Shown here: in pieces, positions 34,872 through 48,019 of the stretch
How positions within the stretch are numbered: the first letter of the stretch is position 1
Layout of the letters: each line of letters begins with the position of its first letter
NCBI GenBank assembly: GCA_043228905.1
Contig: JBHGNT010000011.1
Span: forward strand, 1,240,001 to 1,304,000
Reading direction: 5' to 3'
Length of the DNA stretch: 64,000 nt
DNA from: Azolla caroliniana
Taxonomy: Eukaryota; Plantae; Polypodiophyta
The notes under the pieces: model-generated
Database searches by the model: none
What the model was told of the DNA's origin: nothing
Seen by the model: the letters and a program-made list of their open reading frames with translations, nothing else
Position numbers and translations under genes: made by a program

Positions 34872-37800
34872 TGTAAAAGTTATGCAGAAGCGTGTGCGTA
34901 AACGCGGAGTAGTTTTGTAAACACAGAAAACATAGAGATGGAGAGGGAGAGAGAGAAACACTATAGATCAAATTCAAAATAAATCCTTATGTTTACGGCC
35001 CTTGCTTCCGTCTTCAGCTTCTTCAGCCGGTTCAAAGTCAAATTCTCCATCCGACTCCGCATCTCGATCACTTCCGTTGTGATGCTTACCTCTGCTCCTT
35101 TCATGCTCTTGTCCCTGCTCTTCCTTTCTTCCCCTCAAGTTCAGCGTGTCAAGCTAATGCAACCCAAGCGCACCCGAGAAATGCCGTAACTTATCGAGAC
35201 CAAGAGGTTTTGTGAAGATGTCGGCAATCGGCCGATCGGTCGAAACATGCACCAATTCGACTTCTCTTGAAAGAACCAGCTCGCGAACAAAATGGTAATG
35301 CACCTCAATGTGCTTGGTCCGGCCGTGGAACACGGGGTTTTTCGCAAGGTGGATACTACTGAGGTTGTCGCAATAGATCATCGTCAGATCAGACACCTCT
35401 AATTGCAGATCCCGTAATAGCCGTTTCAACCAAATGACGTCGCACGTAGCAACAACCCCTCGATATTCGGCCTCCGTGCTCAACAGTGCTACTGTCGACT
35501 GCTTTTTGCTGCTCCACGCGATCGCTACACTTCCTAATGAGAATGCATATCCCAATGTGGATCTACGATCGTGAGCAGTTCCGGCCCAATCAGCATCTGT
35601 GTAGCCAACCAACTGTTCGGCTACGCTTGCCTAATACAGCAACGCCATGTCTTTCGTGCCGCTAACATATCACAATATCCTTTGCGTGCACTGAAGGTGT
35701 TCGGCCATAGGATGCAACATGAATTTACTGATTAAGCCGACCAGGTAGCTACGATCCGGCTAAGTAATCGTCAAATAGATGAGGCTTCCGACAATTTGTC
35801 GAAACAGTGTCAGGTCACATGCCTTTCCCGAATCTTGGCGAAGCTTTACGTTTCTGTCCAGAGGGGTCAAGATGGGCTTACAATTTTCCATCCCAAACTT
35901 GAAGAGCATATTCAACGCGTAATGACGTTGACTGATCAATATGCCTTCGGGGTTGTGGATCACTTTGATCCCGAGGAAGTAATGAAGGTCACCAAGATCC
36001 TTCATTTCGAATGATGCTACAATTTGAGACTTTACGCAGCGGATTTCTTCTAGATCGGCACCGACGATGACTAAATCATCAACATACAATAGAAGACTAA
36101 CCAGTCCATATTGACCTTGCCGAACAAATAGAGAAGAGTCTGATTTCGACGGCGCAAACCCCATCTTACACAACCGTTGCGTAATCTTCGCGTTCCAAGC
36201 TCGCGGGGCTTGCTTAAGTCTGTAGAGTGACTTCTTCAATCGGCAAATTGCCGAAGTATTTTGTTCGGATAGAAATCTGGGGGGCTATACCATATACACC
36301 TGTTCCTCAAGATCACCTTGCTGGAACGCATTCTTCACATCCATCTGATGTAAGTGCCACCCCTTTGCTGCTGCTACGACTAGCAGAACTCACACGGTAG
36401 TCATCTTCGCGACCGGCGCGAAGGTCTCGTCGTAGTCCACGTCGTGCTTCTGCGCGTAGCCTTTTGCTAGTAAATGGGCCTTGTAGCGGTTGACGGAGCC
36501 GTTCGTGTTGTGGTTCACTTTATACACCCACCAGCAGCCAATCGATTTCACACCCGTCGATGCGTCAACTAGGCCCCATGTCTCGTTCTACGTTAAGGCG
36601 CGAATCTCTTCCTCCATCGCGGCACGCCAATTTGCATCTCTCGCCACTTCTGCGTAGCTCTCCAGCTCACGCACTTCCGCCACTCCCGTCATATACGCAT
36701 AATGGTGCGCCATGCCATGTATTCATTATACCCGCACCTTTTTACGGGGTTCTTCTGGCGGGTAGATTGGCATAAGTCATGATTACCCGATTTAATGACC
36801 TTTTCGGCCGATTTTGACCACTTCCGCGAAGGCTTCTTTACGATCAGCTTGATGTCAAATTCGCTTTGAACTGACTCGGCGCTGCCGAAATCGTACTCCG
36901 ACATTTTCTTGTTGCCCTTCTCCTTGCGCGTTGTCGTAGTGTAATTTGCACACTACGTGAAAATTTTCATTTTTGGTCTCTCCGAATAGGACATGGAGTA
37001 CCCAGTGAGAACCAGAAGGAGGAACCGGTAAGGACCGGACCTAGTAAGGAGAACCGGTGAGAACCGGATGAAGAAGGCTAGTGAGAGTCTCTCACCGGAT
37101 GAAGAGACATATTTGTAAATAAAAGAAAATATAAAAATATATATATTACATCCATAGGGAAATATTCGAACCTTGCACCTCCATGTTAATAATGTGAAGC
37201 CTTACCATTACACTAACATATCATTAGTGTTAAAAAATGTAGACGTCCCACATAGAAAGGTAAGTGCACACTAAGATAAACTTTAGTTAGAAGAAAAGGC
37301 ATGATAAAAGAAAAAGCTACACATGCACATCTAGCGTGCATGAACACTATAGCCGATAAAAACGCATCAAGGTAGAAAAAGCAAGATCACTTTAGAAAAA
37401 GACATGTTAGATAAAGCATATAGTCTATTGTTAGAGAAAAAGCATGGATTATTAAGACTCTCTCATCACTATATAAGGATGGGGAGCACAATTGAATAGG
37501 GTGTGTGGAATATTTGGAAATTGGATATATTTCTAAAAACACCAATTGATAAACTATACTCCTGGGATTCACGAGGTTTCTATATTCTTATCTTTCAATC
37601 TACATTCATATTCTTATCTATATATTGATTAATAAAATTCATTATACTTATGGGATTCACAAGTTTTCTATATCTCTTTCTAATAATCTATTCATAACTA
37701 GACTCGTCTCAAATTCTTCCTTCTCCTAGTCCAGAACCCCGGCAGTTCCCACCCGACTCACGCAACGATCCGGCATCGAAAGGCACGACAGTGTAAACCG

Positions 37801-40750
37801 TCTCCTCCGTTCTTTACACGGGGACATCGTGGCTGAGACTCCACTACATGCCATCTCATCATCTGGTTGGCCATCTTGGCCCAACCTTTCATTCGGCCCG
37901 CTAAGCCGAAATGAGATCAGACTCTCTCTCAGAGCTCCGACGTCCTCATCATGCAGAGGCATTTCAGCCTCGTTGATCTCTTCTTCAAAAATTGAAATGG
38001 ATTCTTGACGTACTGGAGGTGACGGCAAGTACCACGAAGCAGATTCGTCGAACACGACATCTCGACTTACGCATACTTCCTTTGTTTGGGGGTTATAGCA
38101 TTTATACCCCTTCTGTTCGTCTGGATAGCCGACTAAGATGCACTTTTTAGCTTTAGCGTCCAGCTTCCTCCTCTTTTCCTTCGGCACATGCACATATGCA
38201 ATGCTACTGAAGATCCTCAAGTGTGCCAAGTTCGGCTTCTTCCCGAAATACAGCTCATGTGGCGACACTCCTCCATTAGCAGAAGTCTGATTCTACAAGT
38301 AGATAGTCGTCTTCACGGCTTCAGCCCAATAGAATTTTGGCATATGCTTCTCTTCAAGCATTGCCCTGGCCGCTTCTTCAATCGTCCGATTCTTCCGCTC
38401 GGCCACGCTGTTCTGTTGCGGCGTGTATCGACATGAGAATTCGCGTCGAATTCCTCCTTCCGTAGATAACATGTGAACTGGTCGGAGAAGTACTCCTTCC
38501 CGTCATCGGACCGTAGGCATTTGATCTTACACCTTGTTTCCCTTTTCGCAAGGCACTTCACCTTCAGGAAACATGCGAAGACTTCGCTCTTCTTCTCAAT
38601 CATGCATGCCCACATGTGCCGAGTGAAGTCATCGATGAAGGTTACAAATTAACGGCTTCCACCAAGACTCACGTTTTGTGCCGGACCCCACACATCCGAA
38701 TGGATCAAATCCAGCAGACTTCGACTGCGATTACGCTCATTGGGGAATGGAAGTCAGTGCTATTTTCCCATCTGACAGGCTTCGCAGACTTGGACATTAC
38801 GAACCCGAAATTTCGGCAATTCGAACACGATGTTCTTCGTCTACATTTCATGAAGCCGTGGGAAATTTACATGACCGAACCGCTTGTGCCACAGGTCGAT
38901 ATCCAATTTCACCTTTTGTCCTTTTGCATACAACGCAATTCCGGCTTGATTAGTGTCAAAGATAAACAGCCTCCCTTCACGGCACCCTTGCGCGACCACT
39001 TTGCCTTCCTCTTCTATGAAGCAGCCGAGGTGCGTGAATCGAATTTGCATACCTTAGTCAACGATCTGACAGACCGACACCAGGTTCTTGGTTATTATCG
39101 AGACGTGCACCACGTTCATTAGCTTCCCTTTCTGCTCGACGTGGCTGAGGGGAACTTCGTCGACATGTTCGATGGTATGAGGAGTGTCGTCTCCCGTTTC
39201 GACCACTCCTTTCTTTTCCGGCTTCCCCAAGTATGAGAACCATTCCTCGTGACTTGTCATATGATTTGATGCTCTGGAATCGACATACCACATTTCGCTT
39301 GATTTCGAGGTGTTCACGGACATTGAGTTGGCCTTATGCTTCATTACGAAGGCAGGGCCCATTCCATTTCCGGCTCGTTTCGAGCCTTCCGCGTAATGCG
39401 ACTTCTGACGCCTTCTTGTGTCTCTTCCGCTCAATCCAACTTTGTCTGAATCGGCTTGTTTCTTCCAGCACTCGCTCTCCTTGTGGCCTTTCTTGCCACA
39501 ATACCAGCATTCTGATGCAGCCTTCTCTTGTCGTCTTCTGGCTCCGCCATGACTCCCCCTGCTTCCGGAGGGTTCGGAATTGCTTCTGGCATCTCGATTA
39601 TGCCGTCCATTCTTCTCTTTTCGGCCGCCTCCATTGTGCGCCGATCCGCCTCGTTCACCACGACTACAGGGCCTATCATCCTCCGTGTAGAGCATCTTGC
39701 CATCGGTGTGCACACTCGTCGATGCACCCGTGTGGTTTTCTTCTACGAGCAACATTGACTGATGCTCGAAAAACGAAGGCGTATTCTCCCTCGTGCAGAC
39801 CGCCGTTCGAAAAGCTCCGAACTTAGACGCTAACCCGCCAAGAAAAACCTGCACCATCTCGTCCTCCTCGACATTCATGTTGATAGAGGCGAGTGAGTCG
39901 CAAATTTCTTTGATCTTGGTGGTGTAGTCAACCACTGACATATCCCGTTGTCGTACATTGCTCAACTCTTGCCTGAGTTGAAGATTCTTGGTTGTAGTGC
40001 TTGCGGCGAAGAGCTTTTTGAGATTCGCCCACGCGTCCTTTGGCATCTTAGCATCCCGAATATAGCTCAATAGCTGGTCGCTCACACAGGATGCAAAACA
40101 GTAGAGAACTCTGCTTGCCGCTTGTTCCCAAGCCGAAAAATCTCTATGTGTCGAATCGGGTGCTACATCATTAGCTCCTTCGACATAACTCCAGTAGTCG
40201 TGACCGAGCAGGTACTGGTGCATCTTGTACGACCAAGATGCGTAGTTGCTCCTGTCGAGCTTCTCAGTCAGTAGCGAGCTTCCCATACCTCTGTCCATAT
40301 TGTTCAACTCTGTTTTGTCGCAAGCTTTTCTTGTCGGCTACAGAGGACTTCAACCCTCGCGCTTTGATACCATGTAAAAGTTGTGCGGAAGCGTGTGCAT
40401 AAACACGGAGTATTTCTGTAAACACAGAAAACACAGAGATGGAGATGGAGAGGGGGAGACAAAGAGAGCGAGAGACACTATAGATCAAATTCAAAATAAT
40501 TTTTTGCTCTGTACATTTATATACAAGCCCTGCCAATCGGGCTGACACAAGTACTGACAGTACTTGAATGCTCATAAATGGCCGACTACACAAACTCCCA
40601 AAATTATTCCTTTAGGAGGAATAACACCCTAATGGCCTCTTCGGTTTTCACACCAATGTGGCCCTGTTGTGCATACTTTTTCACGCACCCAGTCTACGCA
40701 CTAGGTTACGCTGAGTACTTCGCACTGAATGTTGAGCTTGTCTCTCAATA
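34872..40750 (-). mobile_element. Copia family-A, decayed near-full-length, TSD GTAAA (5' LTR 40373-40750; 3' LTR partly deleted)
   Basis: 417-aa gag-PR ORF 39054-40307 plus INT, RT and RNase H fragments; GTAAA at 34867-34871 and 40751-40755. Confidence 0.92.
36932..37790 (+). mobile_element. Solo LTR related to the gag-only element, TSD GCGT/GTGT
   Basis: Both ends match the reverse complement of 2664-3299; removing it plus one 4-bp copy restores the host frame RFTRKEKG. Confidence 0.88.
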
Positions 40751-43488
40751 GTAAAGTTCTTGAACATCAAGTGTTGTTACTTACTTTCACATGTATCACG
40801 TGAAATGTAATATTTTTGGTCTCGTAGGTCATATTTGACCTCTAAAGATGATAATAGAATCTATCTATCTATCTATCTCTACTTCCTCATACATATACAA
40901 CTCCCCTATGCATATTTCTAGTGCACAAATTTGCCAACCACACAGGTCACAAACTTGAGCCCTTGGAAGGATTCCTCCTACATGCAACAATAGCACTCTC
41001 TCTTTTTATAAGTGACCTAGTCCCTATATAAGTTTAACCTATCCCTACATAACAAACTTTATGCTCTAAATTAGCATGTCTTTAGAATCTTTTTGATTTT
41101 TGTCTCAAATTCTTCCTCAAACACATCTCCGAACATTTGTCTTATTGTGGCTAATATGATGGTGAGGAGATCTTTCTCTTAGATCAATTCACATGTGCTC
41201 TATACAATCAATGACACTACTATCAAGTCATGCATTGTCAATCACTAACTCTCTTTTGCCACTTCTCTAGATTGTATGCATTGATTTTCATGCATAATTA
41301 TCCTTTACATAAGTCTTGCTCTCACATTTTCTTGTTTTCTCAAGGCCCTAGCCATAGAGTGTGTACTTGGGGCCCCAATATTTCCACATAAAACACTTAG
41401 GCATGTTCGAGTGGGTTCTCAATCTCCACTCAACTTGATGAGAAGTTCACTGAGGTTCACAAAATTACTTCCCTTCGGGATTTGGTGTCATCTTGCACTC
41501 TCTAAATGATACCATACCTTCTACTATTCGCTCATTACCATAGTTGTTTGATTTGCTCATTCCACTCAATATATCAAGTGCAATGATTTTACACTAAGAT
41601 TGATAAGGTGTTCCCTTTTTCTTATATATCTAATATTGTATTGCATATATTAGATTGTATGTCTCACTTTGTCTTTTGAGAGGAATAAGTTTTCTAACCC
41701 TTACAACCTTGAGGGCAGAGAAGGTGCTCTATGTGTTGTTCCTCCAACACCTTGTCTCTTGTGGACTTCTTGATCTTCATGACCCCCTTACATTGACAAA
41801 AAACACCCAGAGTTTGATAAAACTTTATGACAATCATAAGACATCCATTGTGTATGGCTCATGTACTTACCCTTCAACTTTTTGAAATATCGTTAAGTAC
41901 TACATTTGGACTAAAAGATAATCTTGTTATGATGATAATTGGAGAGGGCCATAAGTTATAACCTTTACTAAAAAATACTCATAAGATCAATAACTTTAAA
42001 TAGCTTAGTACTTATTTATTAAGGTAGCTCAAGAGTACATTAATAAGACTGGCTTACCCTTTGAAGCACTTAAGTAATTGTTTGCATTGAGATATTACCT
42101 GCCTTTGATTACATTAGATCAATTAAGCAAATAGGAAATGTTCCATTATATTCAATAAGACAGTTAAAGTAGATTGATAATTTAATTGTTTTTTGTTGCA
42201 ATCTCATAGTAATTTTAGGCAATTGGAGTATCGAAAACATAAAATTTATAGTAAAATGGAAATGTCGATGTTGTGGAAATTTTCCTATATAGATAAAAAG
42301 GATAAAGTATTAATTAAATATGTCATTTCTTTACCAAGGGTAGTATTGATATTTCCAAAATACCAAGGATATAGAAGACATTAGGAACTATTGCCGAAAG
42401 TTGCCCATTTTGTTGTAGTGTAAGTTATTGTTGTTGGTTGTAGTGTAGCTTATTATTAAGATAGCAAGAGAGGATGAGCTACAGACTTACAGTGTCTAAT
42501 TTTTCGACCAAAGCATAGTCATGATATTCTCAAAATACCAAGTTTACAGATGACATGAGGCTATATATATACATAAATGCAAAGAAAAGTATCTTTTATA
42601 TTACCCCTAAACTAATATTTCCAATAGAATTGAATAAAATCCTCCTTTCACATTCGAACCTTTACAATCATTACTCCTAGTGTATTCCGCGACTCATCGT
42701 CACCCCTTCTTTATTATTATACAATGAGACAACTTTTGCTCCCTAGTGACCACATGCACATTCCTTTCGCCAATATGCGAGAGATAATATTGGATTGTTT
42801 TGAATATTCATCACCGATGATATGTTGAATTTTTTCGTGTTGAGTTGGATTACTTTGAATGATCATTTGCTGATTTTTCTATCACATTATTCCATGAACT
42901 CCCACTCGTGGATGTGTTTTATTGCCCATGTTCCTTTTGATCCATGATGTGAGAACATGTATATTCCAAGAGGGACCACTTGACATGCTTAATCTTCGTC
43001 TTTCTTTCAACCACACATGGAATCGAGACATTTGCTCTCAAATGAAAAGGAAGAAGAAGCAAGGGGTAGTAGCCATGTACATGAGTGGTCCCTCTTGGAA
43101 TATATGTTGTTACCCGAATCATGGATCGAAAGAAACAAGCCAAATTTGAAAGTTCTAGTCCCTCGGAAAGGGGGCGATCGAAACAATCCAACTCGGGATA
43201 CAACGGAGGTCTTAGTTGGGGCTCATCATACTAACTCCAAGTCCAACTCCACATGCCTAGGAAAAATGTCCCACCCTAATCATGGAAGGTAAACTGAGAT
43301 ATGTGAGATGGGTGGGTGGTGACTCACCGGGTGGAATGTTCGACGATCATAGAATTCAAAAGGAATAATGAGGAAGCATGAATGGCATATAATACCAAAA
43401 GGATGATGGAAATTATTTGTGTGGGTGCATATAAAATGCTCCATTCCTACTCCAAAAAAACGATGAAGTGTGACACTTCGGAAGAAGA

Positions 43489-43893
43489 ATGTTGTGTTGT
43501 AATATCACTACAACTAGTAGTCGTAGTAATGTTGATGATGGTTTTGGGGTGAATTGGAAGCTTGTGGGGGAGGTCTCACTAGTGGTGGCAGCGGTCGCGA
43601 TACTCCTAGTGTTGTGTTGCTTCGCGCTCCGGATGTGTAATTGCTACGCGTGTATCCAAGCTTGCATACTCCACTATCTTCCTCCTCCTCCACCACCGGC
43701 CGAAGGCCAGCCTCCCCCTCCACCGCCACCTCCATCTCTTACCGATGCTCCGCCGGCCCCCGGGCCGCCACCGCCACCACCACCACCACCACCTCCTCCA
43801 ACCGTCATATGTTGTGCCCCTCAACAACCTCCTCCAATGCTAGCACGATGTTCACGTATGATATATATCTTTCTCCCTCCCTCCCTTTGGTAA
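43489..43893 (+). CDS. Candidate small single-pass membrane protein, Cys-rich juxtamembrane region, poly-proline tail (possibly first exon)
   Basis: TATAAAAT ~59 bp upstream; hydrophobic VSLVVAAVAILLVLCCFAL; Cys cluster; P-rich tract with mixed CCN codons; possible GTATGA donor near 43856. Confidence 0.55.
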   Translation: MLCCNITTTSSRSNVDDGFGVNWKLVGEVSLVVAAVAILLVLCCFALRMCNCYACIQACILHYLPPPPPPAEGQPPPPPPPPSLTDAPPAPGPPPPPPPPPPPPTVICCAPQQPPPMLARCSRMIYIFLPPSLW

Positions 43894-44169
43894 CATAAGT
43901 TATAACTTATAACTATGTGTATGTAAAATAACCCGACAATGGCCCCGCCCGCCCCGACCATCCTTCCCACTCATTCTCGCTTTCTCTGTTTCCATGGCCG
44001 AAATGTTTTTCATTGCAATCTTGGTATTTTGTATCTTTATTTAGGGCTTCTTGATTCCCATTTCTTGAGAGCATCCTAACACCTTATGAGATTCCTATAG
44101 GTTTGGTTTTTATATAGAACTTTGGGCTCTCTAGAGAACAAGTGGACAAACTATAAAAATGGTCTCGCA

Positions 44170-44300
44170 CAACACATGATGGCCTCTCATGCGAACTTAC
44201 AATTCTTCTCTCTTGAGGAGGGCATGGGTTCAAATCCTCCAAAACCTACTAGTTTCGTAGGTCATATTTGACCTTCGAGAGTAATAATAAAATCAATCTT
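44170..44300 (+). mobile_element. Putative SINE: degenerate tRNA(Leu-like) head plus LINE-type 3' tail
   Basis: GAGGGCATGGGTTCAAATCC (B box 44227-44237) followed by TCGTAGGTCATATTTGACCT...ATAATA.AATC matching the LINE end at 40822-40865. Confidence 0.5.
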
Positions 44301-45418
44301 GCTCATCTCTCATTGTGTATTTGTTGAAACATGAGAATACCAAAAAACCCCTTGTTGTCCCTCCAATAGTGAGGAATCTTATAAGAAGCTTAATCCTCTA
44401 ATTTTTTGTGATACTATTTGATAAACAAGAAACTCCTATGAGAACAATGTGCCGAAGTAGCTAATTACTTGCTAGAATTGGCAAGTCAATTTTCTATTTG
44501 GCCTACAACATAGCTTTTGTGGTACTCCATGGAGACCATAAAAGCAAACACCCATTTCTCATACTCCAATCCGCATTTCCATTATTTCTACAATGCCCCT
44601 TGTCAACCCTTGAAATAGAGAAGAGGGGGATGGGGTTTTCATATAAATTGCTATAAATAACTCAAATAATTGTCGATCGGTGTTGACCCTAGTGAAATTA
44701 AAGGGAGATAATGGAAATTGTAAGGGCTTTTGACGAAGTAAAGAAAACCTCAATGGTATTTCAAGGGTTTCGCCTAAATGAAATTGTGCATAACATAGAA
44801 AAAAATACTTGGAATTCTAATTTTTGGATTCCACACTCTAGGTTTTTTATGGTTGATTTTTTCTAGTCAGGGGTCCCCCTTTTTGTGTTTTATTGTATGT
44901 CTTTCTTTGCAATGAAGTATGCATTATATTTATGATGTTTTTCTAACATCCTTTTCTTTTACTCTTCTTTTGTTGTCTAGCATATAATCCTAATTGCACC
45001 TGCAACCACCATTGCGATCCACCAACATCATGTTCGAATTATGCTTATTATGACTATTGTAATAGATATTGTTGATTGCCACTCCACATCATGTTAGTAT
45101 CAAATCCATATCAAATCATTCCAAAACGCAAAGACAAACTACATTGATATTGTTATGGGTGCTCGAGAGTTCAAGCATTGTGTTATTCTTCATAACTTTC
45201 CTAATTTAATTGAAATCTTTGAGTTCATCCATAATACATTTATAGTGTATATGTGTCTTCCACATCTTAACAAAGTTGTAATTGAAATTATAGTCATTTT
45301 CTTGCTTTGAGATAGATATAACTTTTTAATGTCCATGGGAGAGCAATTGTGATCAATGAGATGGGACCTAGACTCAAACTTGGGTTCTCTTAATTTGATG
45401 GTTTTGACGTTATAGTTT

Positions 45419-45471
<53 letters not shown>
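45419..45471. repeat. (GA)n microsatellite
   Basis: About 50 bp of near-pure GA repeat. Confidence 0.95.
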
Positions 45472-45475
<4 letters not shown>

Positions 45476-45483
45476 TAGCTAGT

Positions 45484-46054
45484 TATGGGCCTCATTCGGT
45501 TTGGTTTCTTTGCCTCGAAACCAAATCGAATAAAACCAAACCATATATAGGAAACAAAACCAAATAGTTATGAATTCCTAAGCCATTTAAACCAAATCAT
45601 TTAAGAAAAGGTAAACCAAAGCATTTAGGGAAAGGTTGAAACCAAACAGAACCATCTAATCACAAATTAAAATCTAACCACATAAGTCAAATTAATTAAA
45701 ATATAAATAAATATAAATATATTAAATTCAATAAGCAAGTCAAATTAATTAAAAAGTTAAATAAAAAAAATACAATTTTTTTTTTAACTAAATTAATTAA
45801 ATCAATTAAAAAATATTAAATAAACCATTTAACTAATAAACTATTAAAGAAATATAAAAAAAATTAACAAAAAACCAAACCACTTAAACCTATAAAGCGA
45901 TAAACCCGAGTTTTTGAACCAAACTAAAATAAAACCAAACCGTTTAATAATAATTGAACCAAACCAAACCATTTAATTATCTTGGAACAATAAACTGTTA
46001 AACCATGGTTTACAGTTCAATTTGGTTCGGGTTTGTGCCAAAACCGGGCTCATA
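45484..46054. mobile_element. MITE-like non-autonomous DNA element (hAT-like architecture)
   Basis: TATGGGCC...GGCTCATA ends; (TA)GCTAGT on both sides; subterminal AAACC(A/G) repeats around an AT-rich core. TSD length is ambiguous. Confidence 0.5.
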
Positions 46055-46056
46055 GC

Positions 46057-46656
46057 TAGTTGTAGCTCAATTGGTGAAGTTTTCCAATAGAGAGCAAAAG
46101 GTCATGGGTTCCATAGTGACATCTAGTAAATTAAGTGGTAAAAAACAAAGAGGTATATATGTTTGCCACTAGTTTAAGGTACTTACAACAAGGAGAGAAA
46201 GGGTGAGCCTAATAGTTGTAGCCTAGTTTGTGTAGAGAGAGGGAGAGAGAGATTATATTATCGTCTTTGGAGGTCAAATATGACCAATGAGACCAACAAT
46301 ATTACATTTCACGTGATATGTATGAAAGTGAGTAGCGACTCTCAATGTTCAAGAACCTTACCAATGAATGTTGCAATCGAGAGTGCACATTGTAGTTGTG
46401 AGAGAAATTCGTGCAAGGATTGGGCTCGATCAGAGAGATGTGGAGAGCATGGTCGAATATGATCAAAGGCAGAGCATTGTATCAAAATGTGATAATCAGA
46501 CTCTCGAACTTGTTTAGGGTAAAGTGTGCATAGCCGGCCACTCTCGTCACTTGTGCCCCAACGCCCTGTCTCACATCGCAATGCATGTGAGGTAAGTCGC
46601 ATGGAAGCAATGGTTCGAATGGAAAATAACCGGATGGCCTCTAACATGTATCCATG

Positions 46657-46687
<31 letters not shown>

Positions 46688-47580
46688 TGCTTAGATGAAT
46701 GTAGCTCAGTTTGTAAGGTTGCCCAATGAAAACCAGTTGGTCATGGGTTCAACCCATGCATTCCATAGTGGCATCTATTGAAATAAGAGGTGCCTATGGA
46801 GTAAGAGAGAGAGATAAACAATTGCTCAGATGGATGTAACTCAGTTGGTAAGGTTGCCCAATGGAGACTAGGTGGTCATGGGTTCAACCCCTACATTCCA
46901 TAGTGGCATTTAGTAGGGTAAGCTAATTACAATAAAAAAGAAAGAGAGAGAATATTGTTATAGCTCAATTGGTAAGTTTGTTTGAGGGAGACCAAAAGAT
47001 GGGTAAATGTCCAGCCTTGCCTTGTCACTATTTTATAAAAAAATTCATAAATGCACTCAACCCGTGAATCGAGGGTCTTCCAGACCCTAAACTCTTTTCA
47101 AAAATCCTAGATGATCACGACCATCCTCTATTTTATATCTAAAGAAAAAAGAAAAGTAGAGAAATGAGAAAAAAGGAAACAATAAAGAAAAGTAAAAAAA
47201 GAACAGAGAGAAAACATTTCTTTTTGGGGGAGAATTTGAAATCTCTTTGTCTCTCTCTTTGATCGTAATTAGTTTACCCTAGTAGTAAGTTGTTACACTA
47301 CAAGCACTACGTCCTAGGTTTGAAACCCAAATTTCTCATCTCTTTATTACTTCATACATAACTTGTCGTTCACTAGATGTTACTGTAGAATGTAGGGGGT
47401 TGAACCTATGACCCCTTGGGTCTCGATTGAGGAACCTTATCAACTAAGCTCCATCCATCTACACAACATTTCTTTCTTTCTTTCTCTCTCTCTCTTAAAA
47501 TTTTTTCTTTATTGTAATGAACTTAACCTAGTGGTAAGTTGTTAACACTACTAGCACTTTATCTAGGGTTGGAAACCCAC
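46057..47580. repeat. Cluster of about seven degenerate tRNA-derived modules (two types)
   Basis: A-box-like TAGCTCA(A/G)TTGG at ~46063, 46702, 46837, ~46961 and ~47450 (-), most followed by GGTTCAACCC; second type CCTAGT(A/G)GTAAG...GGTT.GAAACCC at ~47278 and ~47527. Confidence 0.6.
46250..46657 (-). mobile_element. 5'-truncated RTE-X-like LINE fragment inside a GA repeat
   Basis: ORF 46342-46647 with RLTSHALRCETGRW...LCTL...H..I.C; 3' hairpin 46272-46285; AGAGAGAGGGAGAGAGAGAT on both sides. Confidence 0.78.
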
Positions 47581-48019
47581 TTTTCTCACATCTATATTAC
47601 TCCATTGGGAAACACAGGTGAAACTTGGAAAATGGATGGGGTGAACACGTGTGGGAAAAATGAAGGGAAATGATGAAAACGTGTCAAAGGGGCTAAAATA
47701 GGGCCACAGTCTTTGTAGATATATATATATATATATATATAGGTGAAAGCATGGGAGTGGAAACAATTAGCTATGTCCTTCACATAGCTAATTAGCTATG
47801 CAAAAAGCTACCAATGATAACTAGTCTTTTTTTCACCATAATTGAAAACATTAAAATGTTTTAATTATATAAATGAGCACCATAAATGTGCAACATAAAC
47901 ATGCACCATAAATGGAAATGTGCATCATAAACTATATACCAAATTCCTAGGTCCATTATGCATGATCCATTGCCACATCATGTTGGCCATCACTTTGTGA
48001 CTATTCAAGCTTAGATTAC

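Larger units (their letters stand above)
31053..40880 (+). mobile_element. Decayed RTE-X-like LINE 3' part split by two LTR elements (pieces 31053-31445, 34565-34871, 40751-40880)
   Basis: The last two pieces join across a TSD and match 46250-46657 (-) (IRTIA..R...H..R.E.GRWGTSDESG.LCTL); the first resembles LINE ORF2; ends in GGTCATATTTGACC hairpin and (CTAT)n tail. Confidence 0.78.

Noticed and set aside
42919-43292. Short overlapping ORFs upstream of the Pro-rich gene
   Set aside because: No recognisable motif; probably an old TE remnant.
47591-47718. Helitron (A|TCTATATTAC start)
   Set aside because: No convincing 3' hairpin plus CTRR|T end found.
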